Below are positions 35,301-47,500 of a stretch of DNA of 64,000 bases, piece by piece. The first letter of the stretch is position 1. Each line of letters starts with the position of its first letter. The stretch covers positions 14,012,001 to 14,076,000 of the forward strand of contig NW_024704754.1 of NCBI RefSeq assembly GCF_018977255.1. Reading direction: 5' to 3'. The notes beneath the pieces are model-generated. The model made no database searches and was not told the origin of the DNA. It saw only the letters and a program-made list of their open reading frames with translations. The DNA comes from Callorhinchus milii. Taxonomy: Eukaryota. The translations under genes were made by a program, and so were the position numbers.

Positions 35301-36328
35301 CACTAGTAAGCTTCTCCTGTCTTTCCAGTTAGCACCACCTAATTAGAGCTTTAAGCTGCAGAGTTTCAGGAGCCAAGTGAGAAGTGACAACTTTGCTCCT
35401 CAAGTCTTGCCGATGAGCTAAACTGCTGATCCATCCTGTTGACTGACCGGTTCAGATGGCGGTCTACCATCACAGAGAATCGGCAGTTTATATATGCAGA
35501 GAGAGGGCAGTTTTATTCCTATTCACTCATGGTGAAACCAGACAGTGACATCAATGGTAAGCTATGCAGTTTTAGCTGATTAGACCTCAGCAGTTACCTC
35601 AACGCACACTCTGGGGTCCCCAAGCCTTGGATCTTGCCAACCTGCGCCCAATACTTTCTAATTTAGGTAAGCAGTCTGCGTCCCTCCAGGGAGACTGTTC
35701 CAACAATCTATCTATGAGATTTCCATGTTAGGTGCGATGCATGGAATTCTCACCTTGGTTTGGATACTCTTGTGTCAGACATCCGTCTGATAAAAAAATT
35801 ATATATATTCTAAAAATTGCATTTTACATCCTAACATTATACGAGTGGCAGTGTGGCCAGCTGGCTCCTGTCGGGTCCTGCTCCATCTGCCCCTCCACCT
35901 GTATCTGTTCCACAGCAAAACTAGAGATGAGTGAGTGTCGGCAGCCTACGTGACTTAGTTCCTCCATGTCTGAGCTACATCCTATCCCCACAGATCAGGG
36001 AGAACTTGCAATATTCCAAAGCACATTTCATTCCGTAATTAAGGAATTGTTTCTACTATTTTGTATTCCTGCTTAATAGTGGCAGTCCTGATTCTTTTCA
36101 CAATAATAATAATAATAAACCTTGAATTTGATACAGTGCTTAAATGTCACAAAGGGTGAGTGTGAACGTAGAACAGTCTGACTATCCCATGCTACCCTCT
36201 CCCCGGGTTTGCTGCTCGGTTAGTGTGCTTGGTTTGGCTGAGTAACGAGGCTCTGACTATATCTGTGTCTGTGTTATCAGGATGGCATGAATTGGATCTG
36301 CAGCAACATAGCATCCAAGAAGAAATAA
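25749..36328 (+). CDS. ARL3: ADP-ribosylation factor-like protein 3-like GTPase, 187 aa
   Basis: join(25749-25766,29384-29527,31979-32095,33261-33311,34330-34515,36281-36328) = 564 nt. [20 protein letters not shown] (P-loop)..[30 protein letters not shown]. Internal exon sizes are 144/117/51/186. AATAAA at 36673-36678. The first coding exon is the least certain. Probably the arl3-like paralog rather than the ARL3 ortholog. Confidence 0.92.
29170..29381 (+). repeat. (TC)n/(TCTA)n microsatellite abutting the ARL3-like exon 2 acceptor
   Basis: Seen directly in the sequence. Confidence 0.95.
30285..30472. repeat. Long inverted repeat (about 80-bp arms, short loop)
   Basis: aaagggatgtctcacagagaacc..cccaaaacaataa pairs with ttattgttttggg..ggttctctgtgaaacatcccttt. 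Confidence 0.9.
30535..31845 (-). mobile_element. L2-clade LINE, 5'-truncated, in ARL3-like intron 2
   Basis: Translated motifs [34 protein letters not shown] and [23 protein letters not shown], several frameshifts, and a (GTT)n tail. Confidence 0.92.
32220..33115 (+). mobile_element. Degraded CR1 interrupted by a SINE tail
   Basis: [13 protein letters not shown] motif and a CR1 3' region. Confidence 0.75.
33362..33745 (+). mobile_element. DeuSINE-type (SacSINE1/AmnSINE-like) element
   Basis: Core gaggtgccgtccttcagatgagatgttaaacc..caggtggacattaaagatccca..gggagtttctcccagtgtcctggccaa resembles the Deu domain as I recall it. Other copies lie at about 26980-27290(-), 28320-28680, 34850-35290 and 38030-38240(-). 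Confidence 0.7.
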
Positions 36329-37267
36329 GCTGGAGATCACGATCCCTGGACTCCAATCACATCCGGACTTCAAACAAACACACCCCATACCACCAAACAC
36401 ACCCCATACCCCCAAACATACCCCAAACACACCCCGTACCATCAAACACACCTCAGACTCCCTAATACAATCACATCCAGATTCAGTGAACACACTCTCA
36501 GACCCCCAAACTTACCCAGACCTCGCCTCCCCTCCCCCCGCAAACCCTCAAAGACATCCAATGACCCAGAAACACCCACTGAGCCAGAAACGCACCCACT
36601 ACCACTTTGGGTGAGAACACACATTAACACCTCGATTGCTGGAATCATTTTCTATCATCTAATATTTGTAAAAATAAAAGGTGATTTCTGTTACTTTGAA
36701 AGTTTATTTATTTAATGTAGAATGAGAGAGCGATATGCAACTGCAACTAAGTGGACTTGTGAAACAATCAGTCAGTGTAAGCTGACTTGTGCCCTTGAAG
36801 TTAAGCTGCCTGCTGTTCAGCAGTAGATTGAATATTTGAATATTGTTTATTCAAATGTTCGATGAGTTTACACGGCTTTAGCGCTGGCTTATGTCACCAA
36901 GATCCTGCATTAAATATTGGTTGTCTCTGCACGTTCGTGGCATCAATTTCCTTTGTTAATTACAATCCTCAGCAGCCATCTGTTTTTCTCGATGTGCATT
37001 TCTCCCACTCGTATTGTCTCATACTCCTGATTCAGGACACTGTCGTTCCTCAGGATGTCCATGATAGGATCCACACTGTAGATATTGGTCCTCAGCTCCA
37101 TCTGATGGCTTTGGATCAGATGCACATCTCGTTTGAAATGGAAAAATATGATTTGTGGTTGAGAATTTAGCTACGTGTTAAAGTTCTACAAGTCAATCAC
37201 AACCACGGTATGTGAACCAAGCAAAGTGTTGAAAGGCAGTATCACAGAACCCCATGTGAGAGCCATT

Positions 37268-37610
37268 GGAGTCCTTCAGTGATTAGAGCACTCGCCTCGC
37301 AAGCGAAAGGAAATAGATTCAATTCCCAATCAGGGCAAAACCTTAGGGAAGTTTCCTTACTTCACACACCTCTGTTTAACTAGGAGTAAGTAGAAACTGG
37401 TTGTTCGTCGATTGGCGGATCGCTTTTCCAAGGGTAATAATCTCTTCAACAAAAATATTTGGTCACTCAATCCACAACTGTTTGTGGAACACCGCTGTGC
37501 ACAATTGACTGCAGTGTTTCGCCCACAAAATACACAGACAATTCAATTAACAGTATATTTTGTGAAGCATTTTGAGACGTTTAAGACATGATAAGGCACT
37601 ATATCACATT
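37268..37610 (+). mobile_element. tRNA-derived SINE, same family
   Basis: Degraded tRNA head plus body and tail. Confidence 0.8.
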
Positions 37611-38599
37611 GCATTTGTGTTCTATTTTGGTTGGTTTCTTCTCTCTCCCTCTCCCTCCCCTGCACTCCCACACCACACCACACTGATTACTCTAAACTGG
37701 ACATTGTAAAACTGCAGCCCTGACCTCTGTCCATTGCCTGGTCACTGACAGTGCAGCGCTGGACCAAGCAGCTGCTGAGCATCAATCGAGGAGTCTGTCT
37801 GGACATTGTCTGGGGAGTCGAAGGTGGACTACGAGGTACCTTGAGGTGCCCTTTATCCTGCTGGTTTATTTTTTTCTTTCTTGCCTTGTCTATTCAATCC
37901 TTCAGCACCAATAGCAAGAAGACTAATTCTGATGGCATTCCCATTACCCTTACAGCTTACCTCATAATATGTAATCATCCTTGCATTGATACAGCACCTT
38001 CTTATGTTGAAAGGTCGTAAAGTGCTTCACAGGACAAAGTGGAGTATTTTGTGGGCAAATTGTGACAGTCAATTTGCACACAGCGATGCAAACAACCATG
38101 GAGTTAAGGACCAATTTTAGCTGGGCCACTGTTGGCCAGGACACCAGGAGAAACTCCCTTCTGTTTTCGAATAGTGCTGTGCCATCTTTAACATCAACTT
38201 AAACAGGCAAATGGGGCCTCGATTTAAAGTCTCATCTGAAGGATGACTGACTTGTGCCCTTGAAGTTGGGATTGTTTTTGCTGGAGCAGAGAAGGTTAAG
38301 GATCTAATCAAAGTTTTCTAGCTCCACTAGATGATGTTGGTGTTGAGAGCCTTGCAATGGCCTGATAGCCACAGTAATTGGAATCAGCTCTATTGCTGAT
38401 CTCTAAGTGTCCGTTTTTGGGGTGTCTCTCTAACTGTGTGCATTTCTCTCTCTCTATCTCTCTCTCCATGCCACTCTATATCCCCACATCCCAGCCCCTA
38501 CCCACCTCACCCTACACATCTGCAATCCTTACCCTCCTCACCTCCAGGTGGTGGGCTTCATTTTTGACCCCAACTCCACCTTTCGCCTTACCTCCTCGT

Positions 38600-39600
38600 A
38601 TCTCTTTTAATCAATAACCTTTCTTTATCCATTGGCACTGTTCTCACCCCACTCAATACAACTGTCATTACCCCATCCTCAAAAAATCTTCCCTGGACCA
38701 ATCATCAACTCTCCAGCTATCACCCCCATCTCCAACCTCCCTTTCCTCTCCAAGGCCCTGGAACAAGTTATCATATCCCAGCTTCGCTCTTTCCTCTCCC
38801 GCCATTCCCTCAATGAAACCCCCCAATTGGGTTTCCCTGCTGCCCCTGGTCAAAATCACCAATGACACTCTGTCCATCTGCGACCAGGGCTCTATCTGTC
38901 TCCTTGACCTCTCTGCTGCCTTCGACACTGTCGACTATTCTATCCTCCTCAAGTCTGGACATCAATTCCTGGATGAGAGCAAACTTACTCTAGTTGAATG
39001 GCAACAAGACCGAGGCCCTCCTGATTGGCTCCTGTCAGCGCCTCCATACTGTGGGCTCTGACAGCATCACCCTTCATGGATGCACTCTACACCAATACGG
39101 AACTTCAGTATCCTGTTTGACCCTCAATTGTCCTACAACCCCATATACATGCCATGACCTGCTCTCCCTTTCCCCACCTCCGCAACATTGCCCTAATTTG
39201 CAATTGTATCTCACTGCAGGCAACCAAGTCCTTCATCCACACATTCATCACATCTAGGCTCAACTATGCAAACTCCCTGTTTGTTGCCCTGACCATCTCC
39301 TCCCACCACAGGCTGCAGATCATCCAGAACTGCAGTCGATATCCTCTCCCTCAACAGGCTCCACAACCCAATCACCTCCATCCTCGCCCGGCTCTACTGG
39401 ATCCCTATCACTCACAAGATTCAGTTCAAGATACCTGGTCCTCACCTTCAAAGTCCTCAACAGCCTCGCTCTGTCCTATCTTTGTGACCTCCTAACCCCC
39501 TACCAACCTGTTCACTCCCTCCACTCAGCAGGCTCCAGCCTGCTTCACATCCCCCGCCTTGTCCACCCACCATTGGTAGATGAACCTTCATCCTCTGCTT
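38600..39600 (+). mobile_element. Degraded L2 LINE
   Basis: [28 protein letters not shown] and FITSRLNYANSL motifs. Confidence 0.85.
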
Positions 39601-40840
39601 GGATCTCCAACACATGGATATTTGACGTGCGGATTCTGTGACTGCACTTGTGATAAGCCCAACCCCCAGCATGTACTGGTGAATGCTTGTGGACCTCTCT
39701 GAGCTCAGTGATTCATTTAATCGTCTGGACTCATCTCTGTTGACATTTTGCCAGCGCTGTGGAATGAGTTTCAAAGGCACACATTTTTACTCGCTCTTCA
39801 ATGGCTAAATCCTGCATCTTTCCCCCCTATCTGCTCTGCAGGGATTCACGCGTGTGTTTGAGGCCATGCCGGATATTAGTCTGGACATCCCCAACTCTTA
39901 CAGCACTCTCAAGACATTTGTGCATCGTTGTTACAAGGACGGAGTCATTACTAAAGCTCTCCAGGATCAGTGCCTTTTCACGGTAAGTTACCTGAATAAC
40001 TATTGCTTGTGTTGAATGTCTGAAGATCGGAAGAATAACTTGCGACCTCTTCCCTTTTCAACCGTGACAGCTCCTCTACTAACCCCACTTCCCCTTTTTC
40101 CATTGGAGGGGGAGGGTAGCCATCAGACATGAGGACTTTAGGGGTTTGTGCACTAGGATGGGGGTGGACCAGGGAGTTGAAGGGGAGGGGTTGATTCTGG
40201 CTGATAAAAACAAGATGTAGTGTAGCCTACGGAGTTAGATTCAGAGCTACTTTTAATCGAATTAAACAACCAGAGGGGAAAGGAACAAAGCCGGGGCACC
40301 AGATCCCACTTGTTTCTTTTTCTGACCGTCAAGTCATGGTGTGGAACACACTTCCGACAGGTGTGGTGTGTTGTCAGAGTAGCAGCTCCTGCTCTCCACA
40401 GTGCCTATGGTCACCTTCTCCCTCCCCCTGCAAGTTGTTGTTGTTGTCAGTGCTGTGTGATGTACAGTCTGAGGTGTGCCGCCGGTTGCTCAACTGTCCG
40501 TAAGTGTGTGACCAGCTCATGTCTGTGCTGTGGCACCGCTGACACTCAAACTCCAGAAAATCTCTGAATGTCTTGTTCGTGATGACGTTATTTCTCGGGT
40601 GAATGTGGGCAATATTGCTATAAAAACATGTGAAAAACGCAAGACCTCAGTCTGATTCAATTGAGAGCACTCTCAATGCAATACGATGGGTCGAAAGACA
40701 TCCCTCTGTGTTGTTGATTTCCACGATTCTTTGAGAAATTAACAGAAAATATTATCAACGAGTCACACAGACGATCCCAGATGTGATCGCTGGATTTTGG
40801 GAGAGGACAAGATTGAAGTTGGCTCCCAGTGACACAGGGA
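39600..40840 (+). repeat. Inverted duplicate of about 62160-63860
   Basis: Reverse-complement match that includes the PDCD4-like exon and its flanking introns. Confidence 0.9.
39842..39982 (+). pseudogene. PDCD4: Isolated PDCD4-like exon copy with +1 frameshift; next exon deleted
   Basis: ctgcag|GGATTC..ACG|gtaagt is 141 nt versus 140 nt in the copy at 63478-63617 (TGCCTTTTCACG vs TGCCCTTCACG). Homology breaks just before the position of the last exon and resumes in 3' UTR-like sequence (about 40440-40840). Confidence 0.8.
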
Positions 40841-42949
40841 CTTTACGCACAATGGATTTGATTGTAATTCTCCTTGTGGTCAAATGATGTTGAGCAGAGG
40901 AACCTGAGAATAATGAATAAGTTGAATCCTTGTATGTGGATAAAAAGTGTGTTTTTGTTTTCACAGCAAAGCACATTGTTTTTTGGTGAAACTGAAGAAT
41001 GGACACCAGGTGTAAGCCATTGGGATGATTACATTATTCATTTATAATGCAAGGACTATGTCATTCCAGCTCTCACCTCACCTCTGAATCAAAATGGTGT
41101 GGGATGGGTCCCACATCAGGGCATTGAGCTCATAGTCTAGGCTGTGTATTTTGTAATACAGCAGTCAATTTGTACACAGCAATGTCCCATAAACAGCCAT
41201 GACTTAAATGATCAATTTTATTTGTAGGACTATTGGCCAAGACACCAGGAAATCTCTCACTCACAATCACTTAGATATGCTGCTGAAGTTCCATAAATTC
41301 ACACCTGCTGCACGTGTATCAACACCTTTGCCCCACTATCAGTGATCAAGTGTTCAGGCACTACGCCCCCATTCTCGCAACTGATTTCAAAACCTTCTAG
41401 AAACCTATCTGTTTGACTGTGTTTTTGTTCATTTTTCTTTTATGAACACCTTAACCCACTGTACATATGTGTCTAAGGGCTGAAGAGTTAGCAAATATCC
41501 CAGTACTGGCTTTACGTCAAATGTATACTGCTGGACCCTGAACAATGGATAGTACCACACAGATCTGAAGTTTGCCGTTTAATAAATAGACAAATCTCAT
41601 TTATAAGAACAATCATTTTTATTTATTTAACGTATAGTAAGTTTCACAAAAAAATAAAATTTTTCAAAAATATAATTCATTAGAAATCAAAATAAAAGTG
41701 GCAGCTAATTTGCATCAAAAACATCCCATAAACAATGAGAGAACAATCCTTGCATTTGTTACAGCACAGCATCAAAGCAATGAAACAACAACAACAAACT
41801 ACATTTGTATAGCGCCTTTCACGTCGGGAGGATGTCCCAATGCCCAAAGAGCTTCACACAATTTACTGTAAATTGGAGGAACTGGGGATTTGTAGGTGAA
41901 GAGCGACTGGCAATTAATTTAAATGTGCCAAAAGTTTGGATGAATAAAAATTAGGATAATCAGGAGAAAAACTCCACTTTACTTTGAAATAGAAAAAAAA
42001 TTGGCTGAATCACAAAGTAGAGGGAAATTAAATTGACAACACCATCAAAAATAGAATGATGATCTGGATGCAAAATGTCTATTTAATGTTGAGAGCTGTT
42101 ATATATTTAATGGTACAACATAGACACTGAGAATTATTGTCAATATATTAAAGCGGAAACAATTTACCTGATTAAAGTGCTTTTTAAATGGCAACACCAG
42201 TTTAAAATCACTTTGATTTTTCACCTCCTTTCATAGCTGTTCACATTCAGTACCTTTGTGTGCGATGTTTCATATCTCTGTGACGCGTTAACCATAGAGA
42301 CATGGAACGGTTACCTCACCGTAGGTCATTCTGTTCATCATCTCTCCTGCGGTCCTGCCTCCCCCACTGGAGCTATCTCTCTAATCCCATTCCCTGATGT
42401 TATCCAATCATGTCTATTCTGTGGCCAGTTTCCCCACTGGAGCTAACTCTCTAATCCCGTTCCGTGCCCTCTCTCTATACCCTTTAATATTATTTTCCTT
42501 CTGTTTCCAATTAAATATTGTTATGAACTCGGCTTCAGAGGCAGCAAGACATTCCTGGGGTAAAATTCCACCCTTTACCCTTTAGATTTACTCTGCTAAC
42601 ATAGCATTTCAGAGTTCAGAATTTTGGTGAAGTCTTAAACACAGGTTATAATTTTGATAAAAATATTTTTATAATTTTTCTGTTTAGAACTGTTTACAAT
42701 GTTGTAATGTCAAAAATATGTCCTTTCTTGCTGTCGCACATTGCTTTAGTTAGCATTAATTATCAGTTCCTTTGCAATTGTATATATTTGAGTAATATCC
42801 TCTTTTGAGCTTCTTCAATTTTTTCCAGCGTACGTGAGCAATGCCTTTCCCCAATGACTCAATATCTCTATCTAGATACAGTAAGCAAAGCTGCTACTCC
42901 ACGGTTAGTCTGGTGGCTTCTGTTTGTCAAGTATCACTATTACAGTTCC

Positions 42950-43780
42950 ATAAACACAGGAGTCTCAGTAAGGTGACGTCTTGCCGGTCAGAAAAGGGAC
43001 TCCCTCCCATTTCCTTTTCCCTTGGGGGGTAAGCAGGTCAGAGCGGTATGGAGGTGCCACGGGCTCAAGGGATTTAAAAGTGAGCGTGCTGATGTTGAAA
43101 TCCATCTGTTCGTTGACGGGTAGCCAGTGAAGCTTGGCTAGAACAGGTGGGATGGGGGTTTAACGCAGGTGAATATGTGGGCAGCGGGGTTTGGGATCTG
43201 TTGGATTCTGTGCAATGGTGGAGCTGGGAAGATCAGCAAATAGGGCATTTGAGAAGTCCAGCCGGAAGGTGCCGAACGCATGGATGAGTATTTCGACTGA
43301 GTCCGGGGTAAGTTACTGTCAGAGGCGGGCAACATGGCGGACGTGGAGGAAGGCAGTCCTGATCAGGAACCGGATGTGGGAAAGAAAGTGCATCTGTGGG
43401 TCGAACCTGACACCTAGGTGGCGCACTGGTTCGGTAAGTCTGAGGGATAGGTTGAGGAGGTCAGAGCCGTAGGATAGAAGAAGTTGACGGGAGCCAATGA
43501 GTAGGTCAACATTGAGTTGTAGGAAGTTTTCCCTCGTCCAGGCCCTGATGTCTGCCAGACAAGCTGAGAGAACATCTGCAAATCTGGAGTCCCAGATGGA
43601 GGAGGAGAAGTAGATTTGTGTGTCATCCGCACACGTGTGGAAGTCTGCGGATGACATCGCCAAGAGGGGGCTTATAGATGAGAAGAGGAGGTGGCCAAGA
43701 ATGGAGCCCTGGGGTATACTACAAGTGACCGGGCAGGGCGGGAGGAGAAACCATTTGCAGAGATAAAGTGAAGGCAGTTT
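42950..43780 (-). mobile_element. Degraded L2 LINE
   Basis: SIPQGSILGHLLF, ADDTQIY and NFLQLN motifs. Confidence 0.85.
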
Positions 43781-44321
43781 ATTAATTTGCATGTCAAAAT
43801 CCAGCTGGAGTCCCAGCTCACAAGACAGGTCGAGATGAAGAAGGCCCTTTGGTCTGACCTTTTCAGATGACCTATCCTACTGTCTTCTGATTACATCAAG
43901 CTGTTTCTTCAATGTGCCCATATCCTGGCCTCAACAACGCTTCTCAATGACATCTTCCAGCTGCTGATAGGCCCGCCTCAAACCTTACTTCTTTGACCAC
44001 ACAACCCCTAAACCTGTGCCCTCTTGTCCTGCTGCCTTGGTGCATCTAAATGTACTTTTCACAATCCCATTTAATATCCTACATAGAGTACCTTTATAAA
44101 ATCCCCACTGAGATGTCCCTTTTCAAGTCTGAATATGACAGTGATATCTGTGAAGTGTGCTTTGACATTACAGAAGCTTTAAAGAAGCAAAGCTTTTCTT
44201 TTTATCATCATCGTTCGAATTAAAAGCTATGAGCAATAACATTGGCGCTTCATTGCTACCAACAACAAATCAAACCATTTCCGTCGGAGTAAAACATGAA
44301 GAATAAGCAGTTTTATTAAAA

Positions 44322-44522
44322 CTATTTTACCCGCAAATTGGAATAAATATTTTGCTCTGAGTCATCTTCTACTGGTTTCAGTGCCTCCGGCTGTTTAGTA
44401 AAATATATGGAAGCGTACACCAAACTGGCTTCAGAATCCCTCTTGTCAGCTTTCTGAGATGTGTTCACTTCCGGCTGCATGCACTCCTCCTCCGGCTCAG
44501 CACCTCTACGCATTTGTTTAGG
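44322..44522 (-). CDS. Receptor B terminal ITIM exon
   Basis: Open frame paralogous to 21743-21943, with AATAAA at 44312-44317 (minus). Confidence 0.75.
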   Translation of the reverse strand, partial: PKQMRRGAEPEEECMQPEVNTSQKADKRDSEASLVYASIYFTKQPEALKPVEDDSEQNIYSNLRVK

Positions 44523-47500
44523 CTGGTTAATCATAATAGAGTGATTGTTGGAATTTATGTACTTGTGAAGTAAAAATGGTTATTGAAGGGGAGGATAAAA
44601 TAGATTTCTTTACACACAGGATGGTCAGAATACACAACTCTCCACCACAAACTACTGTTGTAAATTCAAAATTATTTTGAAAATGAATTACTTGCTTGAC
44701 AAGGGGGACTATTTAAGGATACTATCCAACTGAACGTCAACAAGATGGAAGCCGTACACCTTCGCTTCCGCCAACATCTTCACTCCTGCGGCTCTGACCT
44801 CCTCAAACTACCGGCCTTTCCTTAAGATTTACCGAACATGTACATTACCTGGGCATCAGTTTCGACCCCCAGATGTCCTTCCACCCCACATCTGGTCCCA
44901 AATCAGAACCACTTTCCTCCACCCCAATCACATTGCCTTCCTCCGACATATGTCAGCCCCAACAAAGCCGAAACCCTCGTCTACGCATTCGGCACCTCCC
45001 CCTCGACTGTTCCAATGCCCTCCTCATTGGTCTCCCCAGCTCCAATACCCACGAACTACAACTGATTCAGAACTCTGCCGCCCGTATTCTCACTCGCTTC
45101 TAACTAACCAAAGTCCTATACGGTTACAACATAATTTACCTACAATGTTTTACTCAGAATCCCATTTGGCTTCTTGATAGCTTTCTGAGCCTGCCACCCC
45201 ACTTTTAGTAATAGAGTGGAATCCGCTTTAATCAGACGTCAGTTAATCCCGGACATCGGGTAAATTGGGCAAACACCAGTCCCCGATTCATTTGTATTCT
45301 TACCCGATTTAAATATGCCGGTTAATTCGTAAAACAATCCAGTTAATCCGGACAAAATGCAGCGCTTGTCGTTGCTGAATGTACTCACTCGCGCCTTCTG
45401 TGTCTCGAGCGGCTTCATTCAGCCACGAGAGGCTCCAGGATACAGATGGGAGGAGTCAAATTGCGATTGATTGACAGCGGACTCCAGCCATTCACAAGTG
45501 ACTGGAGTTGGGCTGTCAATCAGTGAGGGGGTGGAGGAACGGGGAAGAAACAAGCGAGGGAATGGGAGGAGTCAAATCACGATTGATTGACAGCTGAAGC
45601 CGCTTATAAAATGGCTGGAGCGCTCATCCATTCACAAGCGACTCCAAGGCTGTCAATCACCTCGAAGCTGACGCTAATTGGTCCTTCCCATTGATTGGGA
45701 ACAGGAGGAGGGAGGAGGTGCCGCCATCACTCCTCTGCTGGACAGGAAGAGGTAAAGGTAATTCGGTTAACTTCAGGCAACACTTAGGACGGACAAAACG
45801 CCCAATCCCGATGTGTCCGGCTTAACTGGTTTCCACTGTATATAACAACAACAACAACAAAATTACATTTATAGAGCGCCTTTCACATCGGGAGGATGTC
45901 CCAAAGCACTGTGTTTGCACCTCTTCCTTAAGGATGCACCAAGACATTAGAAAAAGAGACGACAGGTTTACATTTGCAAAGGGCAATTTCTGTTCAGATA
46001 GCGGAAGTTTTTCTTTACCCAGAGGTTAATTGATGACTGGAACAGGTTTGCAGGGCAGGACATGGTTGAGGCCAGGACATGGGACTCATTTTAAAAAACA
46101 CCTCAAGTGCTGTTTGCATCAATCTGCTGGTTGCTCATTTCACATCACCGAGCTGGTGAGGAACCTTAGTGTTTTGTATTGTGTTGTTTGATCTTCAACT
46201 ATTCTTCAAACTTTACATCTGGCTTTCACTTCTTAAACTTATTTCACTTCCCCACTGCTTCAGCCCTCATTCATGCCTTCTCCTGCTCCAGGCTTGATTA
46301 TTCCCCAGATCTTCTGTACTCAAGCTACTGATATCAAGAACTCTGTAGTGCAGGTCCTCCCTGTAACAGGCACTGTGAGCGCATCACCCCCAGCCTCACA
46401 TGGCTCCACTGGCTTCAGATATCCTATTGAATCAAGAATCTTATTCCCACTATGAGTGGTTGAGCCTTTAGCATTGCCCCAACTCTCTGAAATTCCAATC
46501 CAGAGTCCCTCTACCTTTCCCACTCCCTCTGTGCCTTCAAATGTTCCTGAAGTGCTATCCCTTTGACCTTATTTTCAGTCACCTTTCCTCTCATTTCGTC
46601 AACCCCCACCCCAAGCTTTGATTCTGTCAGTTGTGTGAAGGATTTTGAGACATCTTTCTGTTGCGAAAGGTGCTTGTCCTTTCCTATAGTCTATCAATAT
46701 CTTATTGCAGTCTTGTACAGTTGTTCTCACAGTTTACCAATCAACCCAATTTAGTACTACCAGTAAACATGGCTGTACAGACCGCAAAGAAAAACAGGAA
46801 AAGGTTGTAAAGGCTCAGTGATACACCAAACATTGCATTTCACTATGAGCCACTGAGAGAGAAAAAACACCTCAATTGAAATAACAATTAAAATGAGTAA
46901 CATCTTCACAAACCTGAATGGAATTTGGAAATTCATGGATCACCGTGGCTTTGGAATCATTTTTCATCTGTTTCTCTGATGGAATACAAAAGAAGATGAT
47001 TGGTACTTTTAGATTAACAACAACAACAACAACAACAACAAGATTCCATTTATTGAGCGCCTTTCACGTCGGGAGGACGTCCCAATTAAGATTGATGATG
47101 CACCAGAATAAAAGCAATGTGCAGCAATAATATAAATCATAATCCTTGCATTTGATATAGTGCTTTTCACATCTTCTCGACATCTCAAAGCACTTCACAG
47201 AATAGACTGTAAAGTGAATTGACTGTATTTTTGTGGGCGAAACGCAGGCAGCCAATTGCGCACAGCAGTGTCCCACAAACAGTCGTGGATTGAAATGACC
47301 AATTTATTATTGGTTTTTTTGAGGGATTATTATCAGGCGTGTGGAGTAAGGAAATTTACCCAAGGTTTCGCCCTGCCTGGAATCAAAACCAGGTCTCTCG
47401 CTTGCAAGGCTACAGGACTCCGCCATTGTAAAACACCATTGTAGTTAATTTGGATGGTTATGCATTTTACTCTATCTTACTATAGTTACTGGGAACTGTG

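Noticed and set aside
39457-39986. ORFs MPLKLIPQR.. and MAKSCIFPP.. (repeated at 63461-63873)
   Set aside because: They recur only because the DNA is duplicated. The real coding frame is the spliced PDCD4-like exon.
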